Under the pieces are notes generated by a model. It worked only from the letters and a program-made list of their open reading frames with translations. It was not told the DNA's origin and ran no database searches. This document shows, in pieces, positions 47,767 to 58,396 of a DNA stretch of 64,000 nucleotides. The translations under genes and the position numbers were made by a program. Numbering within the stretch: the first letter of the stretch is position 1; each line of letters opens with the position of its first letter. The DNA is from an uncultured Verrucomicrobiae bacterium. GTDB lineage: Bacteria > Verrucomicrobiota > Verrucomicrobiia > Opitutales > JABDGR01. The stretch lies in NCBI GenBank assembly GCA_963765205.1, contig CAVXVB010000009.1:1435936-1499935 (forward strand), in the 5' to 3' direction.

Positions 47767-50700
47767 ATGTATAAAGACACGACAGGTAAGTTGGTCTACT
47801 CCCCAACCGATTTGATTCGGTTCATGGAATCGCCTTTTGCTAGTTGGATGGAGCGCCTACACCTGGAGCATCCAGGACGGGCCGAACCTGACCCTGAAAA
47901 CGAAGAGCGGAAATTAATTGCGACAACTGGGGACATTCACGAGAAAAAGTTTCTTGAAAACTTGCAGGCACAACACAAAGACGTTTGCATTATTATTAAG
48001 AATGACTCTGCCATTCAAAGCACTCTTGCCGCAATTAAAGCCAATCGGGAAATTATCTATCAGGCGTGTTTGGAGTTAAAACCCTTTCGGGGTTACGCAG
48101 ATTTTCTGGTGCGCAGCATGGATACATCCGCCGGAACTCCCCATTACGAATTGCTGGACACCAAACTGGCACGGAAGACAAAGCCTTATTATTTGATTCA
48201 ACTATGTTGTTACGCAGAAATGTTAGCTGCGGTGCAAGGGCAATTGCCTGCAAAGTTGCAGGTAGCTTTGGGCGATAACTCAATTCAAGAATTTTGCACG
48301 GCAGATTTCTTCCATTATTATCTAATGCTCAAAGAGGCTTTTCTGCGGCAGATGAAGGATTTTAATCCCGAACAACAACCACTGCCAGAACCGCGAGCCG
48401 ACCATGGCCGCTGGGCCTCATATGCGGAAAAAATGCTTTTGGCGTCAGATCACTTAGTCCAAGTGGCAGGAATCACCGTAGGGCAAATCAAGAAATTGAA
48501 TGCCGCAGGCATCACAACCGTTGCAGAACTTGCGCAATCCACTGACATAGTTGTTCCAAAATTTCAAACCGACATTTTAACACGGTTGTGTGAGCAAGCT
48601 TCTCTTCAAGTTCAGACGCGGGAACTCAGAGCCAAGGCGAAACCTGATGAAACTATCACTCCGGTTTATCGTGTTATTTCGCCCTCAGCAGATCAACCCC
48701 GTGGAGGGCTTGCGCTACTCCCTCTTTCAAGTCCCCTCGATGTATATTTCGACATGGAGGGCTTCCCTTTGGTGGAAGGCGGTTTGGAATATCTTTTTGG
48801 TGCAACCTATCTTGAAAATGGAAAACCTATCTTTGTTGACTGGTGGGCGCATGACGCACTTGGAGAAAAATCTGCCTTGGAGGGCTTCATTGATTGGGCA
48901 TACGCGCGATGGAAGGCCGATCCTTCTATGCACATTTATCACTACGCGAGCTATGAAGTTAGTGCAGTCAGACGACTGATGGGAAAATACGCTACTCGGG
49001 AGGATGAAGTCGACGATCTGCTACGCCATGAAGTTTTCGTAGACCTTTTTCAAATAGTGCGCCAAGGATTGCGAGTAGGCGAACCAAATTACTCTATTAA
49101 GTCCATTGAGCACTTATACCGGCCAATGCGTAAAGGCGGAGTGGGAACCGCAGGAGAATCCATGGTCTACTACGCTTATTGGTTGGAAAGTGGAGAATCC
49201 CCAAAGTGGCAAGATTCACCGATTCTTAATAGCATTCGTGAATATAATCGGGACGACTGCGAATCTACCTGGCTACTTGCTGAATGGCTGCGAGCACGCC
49301 AGAAAGAAAACAGCATTCATTACCAACCTCCACATGCTAAGGAGGATGAACCGGCTGGCAACGACCCTGAAAAGGAAGCGCAAATCATTGCTTATGCCGA
49401 GTTAAACGCCCACCTCACCAAAAAAGCCAATGAAGACAGCGATGCGGAAAGCCGCCAAATCGCCGGACTATTGAAAGATATTTTGGAATTCCACCGACGG
49501 GAAGAAAAACCAACGTGGTGGCAGATGTTCGAGAGAGCTTCCCTTACCCACGAGGAATTAAAGGACGACTTGAATTGCATAGGCGATGCCACTCTAGTTT
49601 CTGGATCACCAGAGGCAGTGAAACAATCGTTCGTTTTTACCTACCGCTTTGACCCCTGGCAAGAAACCAAGATAAATGTCGGTGACCGGGTTATGTTCAA
49701 CCATAATATCAATGCAAAAGCAGAAGTGGTGGAATTAGACGGAGACAATGGTCAACTCAAAATTAAAATTGGGAAAAAAGCGTTAAGTGAAAAACTCGAT
49801 GGTCAGGCACCGTCACACACATCATTTTTACCGGTAGAACATGTCCCAGCCGTGGGAATCAAACAGGCGATTTTTGATACGGCAGCAGCATGGAACAGCC
49901 AACATCAATTACCGAATGCTTTGCGACGGTTTTTACTTCGTCAACCGCCTCATCTGCCTGACCAAAAGAAAGACGAACCCCTAGCCCGAGACGGAGAAGA
50001 AATGGTAGCAACCGCAGTTAGGATTGTTTCAGCAATGGAAGATTCTACGTTGTGCCTACAAGGGCCGCCAGGCACAGGAAAAACTTTTACCGCTGCCCGC
50101 ATGATAGCAGCGTTACTTTCCCATGGAAAAAAAGTGGGAATCACTTCCAACAGCCATAAGGCTATCACTAATTTATTGTCCGCGATCCAAGAGGTGCCGG
50201 ATTGTAACCTGCATGGAATTAAAGTCGGAGGAGATACCAATGACCCAGAGTTAGCAAAATGTCCCGGCATCGCCTACGTGCAATCGACGAGCGAAGCCCA
50301 TAGTGAATTCTCTGGAGGTGGTGTAGCTGGAACAGCTTGGCTCTTTGTGCGTCCAGAATGGGAAAAAGAATTGGATTACCTTTTTGTGGATGAAGCTGGG
50401 CAAGTTTCTTTAGCTAATCTGGTCGCGATGTCTCGTTGTGCGCGTAACTTGGTACTTCTTGGTGATCAAATGCAATTACAGCAACCGGTGCAAGGTTCTC
50501 ATCCCGGCGAAAGCGGCTTAGCAGCATTGGAATACTACCTGAACGGTCATGCAACAATTCCTTCGACTCTAGGACTTTTCCTCCCCGAGACCCGGCGCTT
50601 ACATCCCGCAATTTGCAAGTTCATTTCAGAACTCGTTTATGAAGGGCGCTTAAAATCTTGTGTAGGTAATGAAATGCGGAAGATTATTGTTCCCGGAACA

Positions 50701-51213
50701 AGTGGAGAGATAGAGGCATTCAGTCGAGAAGCGGGACTCTATTTTATCCCAGTGATACACGACGGAAATATTCAATCTAGCGACGAAGAAGCGGATAAAA
50801 TTGTGCGATTAGCAACCTCCTTGTTGGGCCGAAGCGTGACTAACGAAAAAGGCCAGCCCGCCGGTGCAATAGGATGGGCAGACATGCTTTTTGTTGCGCC
50901 TTACAACTTGCAAGTGCGCAAGTTGCGCGAACGTCTTCCAAGCGAGGCCCGCGTCGGAAGTGTGGACAAATTTCAGGGTCAAGAAGCGGAAATAGTATTC
51001 ATTTCACTTTGTTCAAGTTTTGGAGAATATGGCAGTCGCGGTATTGAGTTCATCCTCGACCAAAACCGTATGAATGTGGCTATCTCTCGCGCACGCGTCC
51101 TTGCAATAGTTGTTGGTGACTCTAGGATTGCCACAACTCCTTGCACGACCATCGATTCCATGCGTCGTCTCAATCTGCTTTGCCGGTTGGTGCTTGAACA
51201 CAGCTACAAATGA
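47767..51213 (+). CDS. TM0106-family RecB-like nuclease / RNase H-like / SF1 helicase fusion
   Basis: SPTDL, GYADFL...DTKLA...QL..Y, YFDMEG, YNRDDC, QGPPGTGKT, DEAGQ, VDKFQGQE, NVAISRA. Confidence 0.9.
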   Translation: MYKDTTGKLVYSPTDLIRFMESPFASWMERLHLEHPGRAEPDPENEERKLIATTGDIHEKKFLENLQAQHKDVCIIIKNDSAIQSTLAAIKANREIIYQACLELKPFRGYADFLVRSMDTSAGTPHYELLDTKLARKTKPYYLIQLCCYAEMLAAVQGQLPAKLQVALGDNSIQEFCTADFFHYYLMLKEAFLRQMKDFNPEQQPLPEPRADHGRWASYAEKMLLASDHLVQVAGITVGQIKKLNAAGITTVAELAQSTDIVVPKFQTDILTRLCEQASLQVQTRELRAKAKPDETITPVYRVISPSADQPRGGLALLPLSSPLDVYFDMEGFPLVEGGLEYLFGATYLENGKPIFVDWWAHDALGEKSALEGFIDWAYARWKADPSMHIYHYASYEVSAVRRLMGKYATREDEVDDLLRHEVFVDLFQIVRQGLRVGEPNYSIKSIEHLYRPMRKGGVGTAGESMVYYAYWLESGESPKWQDSPILNSIREYNRDDCESTWLLAEWLRARQKENSIHYQPPHAKEDEPAGNDPEKEAQIIAYAELNAHLTKKANEDSDAESRQIAGLLKDILEFHRREEKPTWWQMFERASLTHEELKDDLNCIGDATLVSGSPEAVKQSFVFTYRFDPWQETKINVGDRVMFNHNINAKAEVVELDGDNGQLKIKIGKKALSEKLDGQAPSHTSFLPVEHVPAVGIKQAIFDTAAAWNSQHQLPNALRRFLLRQPPHLPDQKKDEPLARDGEEMVATAVRIVSAMEDSTLCLQGPPGTGKTFTAARMIAALLSHGKKVGITSNSHKAITNLLSAIQEVPDCNLHGIKVGGDTNDPELAKCPGIAYVQSTSEAHSEFSGGGVAGTAWLFVRPEWEKELDYLFVDEAGQVSLANLVAMSRCARNLVLLGDQMQLQQPVQGSHPGESGLAALEYYLNGHATIPSTLGLFLPETRRLHPAICKFISELVYEGRLKSCVGNEMRKIIVPGTSGEIEAFSREAGLYFIPVIHDGNIQSSDEEADKIVRLATSLLGRSVTNEKGQPAGAIGWADMLFVAPYNLQVRKLRERLPSEARVGSVDKFQGQEAEIVFISLCSSFGEYGSRGIEFILDQNRMNVAISRARVLAIVVGDSRIATTPCTTIDSMRRLNLLCRLVLEHSYK

Positions 51214-51221
51214 AGCACTGA
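51149..51221 (+). repeat. 73-bp exact direct repeat, copy 1 (copy 2 at 52189-52261)
   Basis: ccatcgattcc...tgaagcactga identical at both sites. Confidence 0.95.
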
Positions 51222-51329
51222 ACCAACGTTTACAAGATAGCTGACCTCGCCGGCACCGAGCGCATTGAGCTTCCACACCTACTTGAGGCTATTCAATACC
51301 GTTCCCTTGACCGCGCTCTTTTTTGTTAG
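51204..51329. pseudogene. Relic junction: last 11 codons of the HTH gene (-) fused to the last 29 codons of comM (+)
   Basis: [11 protein letters not shown] on - (51204-39); [29 protein letters not shown] on + (51240-329). Confidence 0.85.
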
Positions 51330-51356
51330 TCCGATTCCCGATTCCACGCCTGCACA

Positions 51357-51965
51357 TTATGCGCGAAGATCGGAAAGAATGGTTTCGGGGCTTTCAACGT
51401 TTATTAAGAGAATATTTAGCATCAGGCGAATGGAAAAGCGAACGCCCTCGCGCTCGGTTAAAATCGAGTTTAGGGTAATTGGACGGTCTTGTGAGTAATC
51501 TTTAGGAAAATTGATTGTCACATAAATCATCTCCTTAGCAGCCGAATCGAAGAAGCGATACTTCACTTGAGGCTTGCCCTCATACTCGGTCAGAAATTTG
51601 TGGATTTTACCTTTGCGTTCCCACGTTGCCAATTGCTGGTCAATCGACACAGTGTCCCATGAATCGAAGAGCGGAAAGTGTGCGAATAAATGTCGCACAA
51701 AAGAAAATAGCCGCTCACCAAGATCGTGTTCGACGGGTCGTGATGCCTTCTTTTTGTCGAGAGTGTGCTTAAGCGCCTCATACTGGATTAGCTCTGCATA
51801 GACGGCAAAAATGTCGCGGATGCGATGAAATCGGTAAAGTGGGGTCTGCTCCCAAAACGGTTTGCTCTCAATCTCTTTGTAGAGGTCGAGAAAGCGATTG
51901 TAACCGCGAGTAAGAAAAACCTCCTCAGCGGGATTTGGCTTGAGATTGCACATGGCGCATTGCAA
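51357..51965 (-). CDS. Hypothetical protein (possibly HEPN-like)
   Basis: 202-aa ORF; VRHLFAH resembles RxxxxH. Confidence 0.6.
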   Translation of the reverse strand: MQCAMCNLKPNPAEEVFLTRGYNRFLDLYKEIESKPFWEQTPLYRFHRIRDIFAVYAELIQYEALKHTLDKKKASRPVEHDLGERLFSFVRHLFAHFPLFDSWDTVSIDQQLATWERKGKIHKFLTEYEGKPQVKYRFFDSAAKEMIYVTINFPKDYSQDRPITLNSILTEREGVRFSIRLMLNILLINVESPETILSDLRA

Positions 51966-52188
51966 AACCGAACGGTTTCATTCTATGAAATCATTTTCCT
52001 GTGTTTTTGCAAGGAGAGTGTGAATCCAATCGAAACCCAGAATTCAAGCATGGTCGTGCAAGGAGTTGTGGCAATCCTATGAGCAAGGTTTCTGTCGTTA
52101 TTGAATAGGCCCGTTTCAAGCTTTCGAGTGGCATCGCGCACCCTTGATGAGGCTGGGTAGCATCACCCGTGTCCACTACATTTGACGG

Positions 52189-52261
52189 CCATCGATTCCA
52201 TGCGTCGTCTCAATCTGCTTTGCCGGTTGGTGCTTGAACACAGCTACAAATGAAGCACTGA
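52189..52261 (+). repeat. 73-bp exact direct repeat, copy 2
   Basis: Identical to 51149-51221. Confidence 0.95.
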
Positions 52262-52666
52262 GCTAATGTTTACCAGATATGCGCCCCTTGGAGTCCGCTC
52301 CCCTCTCTCCCATCCGGCAAGAGTTGATTGGTCAATGCCGAGGACTTTTGCAAAGACCTTTTGAGTCCACCCTTTGCCCTGCCGATACCAGACCAACTGT
52401 GCCCGTAGAGCTTCCGGCTTTGGAGTGGGGTTATAACCCAGGAAGGCGATGATAGCCGGGATGAATTTGACCTCTGGCGACACCCTTCCATCCTCCCAAT
52501 TCCATACGCTTGCCTCCACAACACCGATGCGTTGACCCACTTCCCTTTGCAGGAGCTTGAGATCGAGGCGACGCTTCCGAAGGTGGTCACCCAGCGTTTT
52601 TAACTCCTTTGGATAATCACAACTCTTTGGTTTTGAGGCTGTTAGCTTGAAGCCTAAAAAGGTCAA
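52244..52666 (-). CDS. Tandem XRE-HTH protein; in frame with the serine recombinase across attP
   Basis: [21 protein letters not shown]...NWE and [12 protein letters not shown]...[12 protein letters not shown]; first start is a TTG inside the att arm. Confidence 0.85.
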   Translation of the reverse strand: MTFLGFKLTASKPKSCDYPKELKTLGDHLRKRRLDLKLLQREVGQRIGVVEASVWNWEDGRVSPEVKFIPAIIAFLGYNPTPKPEALRAQLVWYRQGKGWTQKVFAKVLGIDQSTLAGWERGERTPRGAYLVNISSVLHL

Positions 52667-52676
52667 CGAACGGATG
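52657..52676. other. attR: arm AAAAGGTCAACG + AACGGA + crossover TG (52675-76)
   Basis: comM homology resumes at TG-C CCC TGC GGG (CPCG). Confidence 0.9.
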
Positions 52677-53163
52677 CCCCTGCGGGTATCTGGGCGACAC
52701 GAAACGCGAGTGTCGCTGCACCGTGCCCAACATCCAGCGCTACCGCTCGCGCATCTCTGGGCCGTTGCTCGACCGCATTGACCTGCACGTCGAAGCGCCC
52801 TCGCTGCCTTTGACCGAAATGCAAAATGCCACCCCCGGCGAAACCTCCGCCGCCATGCGCGAACGCATCGTCGCCGCCCGCGTGCGCCAGGCGAAACGTT
52901 TCGCCGACGCCAAGACCCACCTCACCTCCTGCAACGCCCGCATGACGCACACGGAAATCCGCACGCACTGCGCGATTGACCAAGCCCAGGCCGAATTACT
53001 CGCGCAGGCGATGGAACAGCTTTCGCTCTCCGCCCGCGCGTATGACCGCATTTTAAAAGTTGCTCGCACAATTGCGGATTTGGCGGGCACGGAAAATATC
53101 GAAGCGCCTCACCTGCTCGAAGCCATCCAATACCGCTCACTTGACCGGGCATTGTTCTATTAG
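52675..53163 (+). pseudogene. comM: comM C-terminal 162 codons
   Basis: CPCGYLGD...[12 protein letters not shown]...[19 protein letters not shown]...[10 protein letters not shown]. Confidence 0.97.
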
Positions 53164-53461
53164 GTCGTAATCGCAAATTACGTGATTGCTAAAGCCCAGG
53201 TGAATTGGTCGCCCCAGTCAAAAACAATTTTCGCTCTCGACGTTCCTCAAAATTAAATTCTTTTGAGGATAATAATTCGGAGTGAATGAAACAAGTCGCC
53301 TCGAAAAGACTCTGTGCCGATGCGTTCAGGGGTTGTTTTATTGAGAGCATCAAGGCATGGACTAAATTCCCACCCCCGAACCTCCGGTGACCCCAAAAAA
53401 CAAATAAAAGCCAGTTCAGTTTTGCTTCTTAGGAGGACACGGCTAAACTAGCGGATGAACT

Positions 53462-53959
53462 ATGCCAGTCACCTCGCTTGAACAAATCATCCCGCAGCTC
53501 CGGGACGCCGTCGGCCCCGTCATTTTGATTTCCGGCGTCGGCCTGTTGCTGCTGACCTTGACCAACCGCCTCGGCCGCGCGATTGACCGCGCCCGGCAAA
53601 AAACGCATGAACTGGCCGCGCAAACCGGCCTTGACCGGGCACGGACGCGGGCACAGGTGGACATCATTTACCGCCGCGCCCGGCTTATCCGGCTGGCGAT
53701 TTTGTTTTCCGTGACGAGCGCGCTGTTGGCGGCGGTGCTTGTGGTGACGATGTTCGTCTCGGCCTGGCTGCAATGGCAACTAGGCTGGCCGCTGGGTGTG
53801 ATTTTTGTGGGTTGTCTGCTTTCGCTCTGCGCATCGCTCATCACATTCATGGGCGACATCAATCTTTCCTTGCATGCGTTGAAGCTGGAATTGAGCATGA
53901 ACAACGTCAATCGTTCGCTACAGGCGTTGGAGTCGGAAGAGAAAACAGCTAAAAAATAA
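53462..53959 (+). CDS. DUF2721 family membrane protein
   Basis: AVGPVILISGVGLLLLTLTNRLGRAIDRAR. Confidence 0.85.
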   Translation: MPVTSLEQIIPQLRDAVGPVILISGVGLLLLTLTNRLGRAIDRARQKTHELAAQTGLDRARTRAQVDIIYRRARLIRLAILFSVTSALLAAVLVVTMFVSAWLQWQLGWPLGVIFVGCLLSLCASLITFMGDINLSLHALKLELSMNNVNRSLQALESEEKTAKK

Positions 53960-54151
53960 TACCGACTGAAAAATCTTCAGGCGATTATGCCCACACCAAA
54001 TGTCAGACATAGCCTGCAGTATACCCATCCAATTTTCACTCAGCCCAGCTGGCTGGCCCTGTTCGTTGGGATTAAACGTATAATTAAGCGTTGTGTGGTG
54101 CTTGGGTCCTGCCCTGATTTCATTTTCAAATTGCATGGGCTGGATGCCATG

Positions 54152-57100
54152 CTATTCGCCGACCAGCCACGGGTCTGTCCCCAGTGTGCCAACCAGTGTC
54201 TCGACGTAGCCGGGGGCTTCGACTTGGGTCAGGGTCTCACGCACGGCGGCCAAGCGGGCGGCTAGATCGAGCGTCTGAGACACTTCGCCATGCGATGCCC
54301 GAGCCAGAAAGGTTTCGAGGCTGGCAATACCGCGGCGCAAATGGTCGGCCTCGACCTGCTGGCGGGTGCAGAGCCTTGCGTGATACCATTCGCTCGCCAG
54401 CAGCGACTCGCGCGTAAAGAGGCTGCGGATATCCGGATGGCTGAGGTCTTTGCCCTCGAATTGGCCGCGTGCCATGATGTGCAACAGGGCGTGCAAGGGT
54501 GGGCAGGCTCCGGCGATGGAGTCATCCTCGAAATACAATGCTGCCGCCACGCGGTGGGTTTCGACGATCACTTCCATGCTTTCGGCAAAAACATCGACGT
54601 CCTGCAATTCGGGACGCAGCATTTCCTCGGTAAAGACGCTGGAGGGATTCGCAAAAATGCGCGCGAAATATTCCCGCACGAATTTGCCGTTGATTCGGTA
54701 GCCCAGGCGGCTGGCTCGCACCAATTTTCCCTTATGCGTAAAATCTTGGCAGCGCTCCAGCGCGCTTTCGCAAAGGAGGTTTTGCGGGTCGCGTTCGTCT
54801 GGCCGCATGCGGCTCCAGACCTCGGGAATCAATAGCGTAACATCGTGGTCCACCCGGTATTTGGAACCAGGCAACCGGCAGAGGTGACCCAGCCGCTATA
54901 CCCGGAAACCAGATACGAAACCAGCGCGTTATTCAAATCGGTGATGGCGCACAAGGCATTGAAGGGACCCTTTGTCAGCGCGCCTTCTGAACCGGCACCG
55001 GTCGTCGAGGGCGACTTGCCGGTCATGCTAGCGATGAACTCCATGAACAGCTCGGGCAGATCGAAATAGTGAATGGGCACCGTAAACGCACAGCGGGCGC
55101 ACGCCCTCTTCAGGCGGGTTGTTGCGCCGCCCGGCCAGGACGGCATTGACGGGAAACCGCACTGGCTCGCGCAGGGGAATGCGCCGGAACAACCGCGCCC
55201 CCAACTGGGCCAGGTAATAATCGCGCGGGCGCACCAGGTCCTGCCGGTCCTGCAAAAAACGGGGATTCTTGCTTGGCTTGCCACCGACGAGCCGCGGGTT
55301 GGCCGACGACACTACATATGTCGGCTTACTGTCGCGCAAAAAGCCCTCCAACAAATCCCGCATCGGCGCGGTGAACCGGTGAAACTGAATCGTGTCCCCG
55401 GCCATTTCCTGCACTTTCAGTCGCGTGAGTGGCTCAAAGTTGGAGATGAAATTGCCCGGCTTGGCGAGGTCGGCCTCGGTGGCCTTGTCGTAGCCACGCA
55501 CAATGGCATCATCCGGTCGTTGAAACAGACGGTACTCACAGTTTTGCGCAAACTTGACCGACGGATTCCGGTAGAGGGGATTCAGGCCCTTGATCAGCTT
55601 GCGCGGCACGGTGACCGATGCAGTAATGTCGTCCTCCGTCTGCACCTTGCGCGCGGGGAAGAAGTCCTTGCGCAACCCAAAGATGCGCCAAGAGTCATCC
55701 TCGGTATAACCCACGCGCAGGTAGTGGGTTGTCATTTTCGCATTGTTATATTTCAACTCATTGCCCGGGGCGCCATTGATGAGGTCCACCCGAAATCGGT
55801 CGCGCCAGCCGACCTCACCCCATTCCGGCTTGTAGACGCGCTTGACGATGAATAACAGCTCCTTTATGTAGTAGGGAATTCCGGCGATCCACGCATTGTA
55901 CTCATCAGTGTATTCCGGGGAGGGCATCATCAGCTTGATGACAGAGCCCAGAGAGCGCTTGGGACTGAGCAGGGGGCGACCGTGCGGCTTGCAGCGGGCG
56001 GGGTCGCGGAAACGCATTCCGAATTCCCTGTGAATGATACCCTCCACCTGGTCGAGGTCGCGCGCGAAATCCGCCACTATCACGGGACCGTCGATGACGG
56101 CGTCAAACAGGCTTTTGGATATTTCCGATTTTCCGCCGCCGGAAACCGTGCAGGGCTTGTGGCAAAAAGTTCCCTCGGCGGTAGTGCCCACGAGCCGCCA
56201 GCGCCGCCCTTCCCGGGGCCGCAGCATTTCGATCTTGTAGCCACTTGGCATGATGTAAGTGACCCCGGGCTGCAGGCGTAGCGAATGCAGCGCCTCTTCT
56301 CTCTTCCATGTGATGGTTTGTTCGCGCAGTGAAAAATACGCCTCGCGCGGGATGAACACAATGTCCGGGTAATTTTTGTCCACCGCATAACCATCGGGGT
56401 GCACCTCGAGAAATTCGCCGTACGACTTCACCAGGCCGTCGAAGGAATGATTCAGCTCCGGGTCAAGTTCAGTCAGTTTGAAATCCTCGCCCAAATCGTA
56501 GCATGGGAAGGCGATGGCGCCGCCGGCGTGCTCTTCTTCGGCCTGGCCATGCAAGTTGGCCGCAAAACTGATCTGCGTTTTGACCTCCTTTTTGCAATAC
56601 CCGTAATAATTGTCGGCGATGATCGTCACGATCACCCCACGCCGGTCGCGGGCGGTAACCTTGAACGCCGAGCCGTTGTTGTAGCGCTCGTGCGGTTCCT
56701 TCCAGCACATCCCGGCCCTGCGCAGGTGATCCGGAGCGTCCTCATACGCCGGGAGACCCAGGGCGCGCTTGGTGCAATTGACCAGGTGAGGCGCCAGAAT
56801 CACGCAGCCAGTGTGGCCGGACCAGCCCTCGGGGTCCAACGCGGCGTCGTTTTCCGCCAAGTCGGGATGGCCCGCATTGCCAAAAATGGATTCGACGAAA
56901 TCGAGATTGCTGACCAGGTTGCCTGGCGCAAAAAAACGCACCTCCATAGTTTTAGCGCGCGCCAGCCCCGGCACTTCCGGCACCACCAGCGGTCGCAACA
57001 TCAACGAAACCCACAATCGCGCCTGGGCCTCTTGGCTACTCGTGAACGGCAGACGCAGTAATTCCTCGGGTGGGTTGAACGCTTCTTCCAATAAACGCGC

Positions 57101-57628
57101 AAAGACATTTTTCGGCACGGGCACCTTGTCCGCTGGAATCGGCAGCCCGCCCTCGCAGACGTGGAACACGCCCTGCGTAGTGCGACGGTCGTTGGTCGGA
57201 TTATGCAGCAACCCCTGGCGAACCCGATAGGTTTTTAAGATGCTCGACTCAAAAAGATCGCGGTCCGGGGGCAGTGACAACAACCGTGCCAACCCATGAC
57301 GGTCCAACACCAGCGTACCGTGCGGGAGCAGGGGCGCTCCGTTGGGGCGCTCCGTTACCAGATAAGCGTCCAGAAACGCCTGGATGCGTCCATCCACCGG
57401 ATTATGCCGATCAGCCAGCAATCTCGCCTGTTCCTGAAAATCGGCCAGCAAGGGCTGCGCCAGCTGTAGCAAAGGATAATCCTTTGCCGAGCCGAAGATC
57501 GGCGCGCCAACGCCGGCGAGCTTCAGGTTGGCGTATTCCAACAAACCGGCGTCGGTCTCCCCGCGCAGGGGCGCATCCGGGTCAAACCCAATGGCCGTTT
57601 TGAGATCAAAGGAGCAATTTGCGCTCAT
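54152..57628 (-). pseudogene. PPi-dependent PEP carboxykinase-like gene with two compensating frameshifts
   Basis: [72 protein letters not shown]; ~1159 codons over three ORF pieces. Confidence 0.8.
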
Positions 57629-57805
57629 AGGAGTAGAAAGTTAAGGAAACTGCGTGGGCACCCGCCCTAGCAAAGTAGAACCGCCGTGCCGCCCTGAGCG
57701 GTCGTCGGAAGCTTGCTTCGCAGAGCACATGGCGTTCCCAATTTTACCTGGATTACGCCGACAACTGGTTCTGGTTCTGTTTGCATACCCACGTCCCGCC
57801 CCGTA

Positions 57806-58135
57806 TCAGTGCGCGTCAGGGCTTACGAAGACTGTAATTTTGTTCATGTATTTGCCCGTTGGCTGCCGTTCTCCCCGCTCCCAACGAGCAAGGGTTGTCG
57901 GGTCAACGCCGAGGACTTTAGCATATTCATTTTGAGTCCAGCCCTTGCCCTTCCGATACCAGACCAACTGTTCTGGTATGCCTTCAGGCTTAGGCTTCGG
58001 GTTGTAACCAAGAAAGGCAATGATCGCCGGAATGAATTTGACCGCCGGGGTGACCCAATTATTCTCCCAATTCCATGCGTCAGAAACTGAACCCCCGATT
58101 CGTTGCCCCACTTCCTTTTGTAGGAGTTTCAGGTC
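57806..58135 (-). pseudogene. 5'-truncated paralog of the tandem HTH gene
   Basis: [14 protein letters not shown]...[14 protein letters not shown]...QLVWYRKGKGWTQ. Confidence 0.85.
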
Positions 58136-58396
58136 GCCGACGCCAAAACGCACCTCACCTCTTGCAACTCCCGCATGACGCACACGGAAATCCGCACGCA
58201 TTGCGCGATAGACAAAACCCAGGCCGAATTGCTTGCACAAGCGATGGAGCAACTCTCCCTTTCCGCCCGCGCGTATGACCGCATTCTCAAAGTCGCCCGC
58301 ACCATTGCCGACCTTGCAGGGACCGAAAACATCGAAGCCACGCATCTGCTCGAAGCCATTCAATATCGCAGTTTGGACCGGGCGTTATTTTATTAA
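58136..58396 (+). pseudogene. comM: Second comM 3' fragment
   Basis: [23 protein letters not shown]...[10 protein letters not shown]; near-identical protein with many synonymous changes versus 52903-53163. Confidence 0.9.

Larger units (their letters stand above)
13468..52676. mobile_element. ~39.2 kb integrative (probably mobilizable) element inserted in comM by a large serine recombinase
   Basis: comM halves join in frame ([11 protein letters not shown]); symmetric att arms; recombinase at the left end; relaxase, coupling-like ATPases and primase; drop in GC. Confidence 0.95.

Noticed and set aside
51149..52261. Diversity-generating retroelement TR/VR pair at the helicase 3' end
   Set aside because: The 73-bp copies are identical with no adenine-specific differences, and no reverse transcriptase is present in the window.
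13468..52676. Prophage
   Set aside because: No capsid, terminase, portal or tail genes recognised.
52663..52983. Minus-strand ORF upstream of the HTH gene
   Set aside because: Antisense shadow of comM, in a different frame from the HTH.
57806..58363. 185-aa ORF as an intact regulator
   Set aside because: Its N-terminal part is antisense comM joined by a deletion to a truncated HTH; a chimeric relic.
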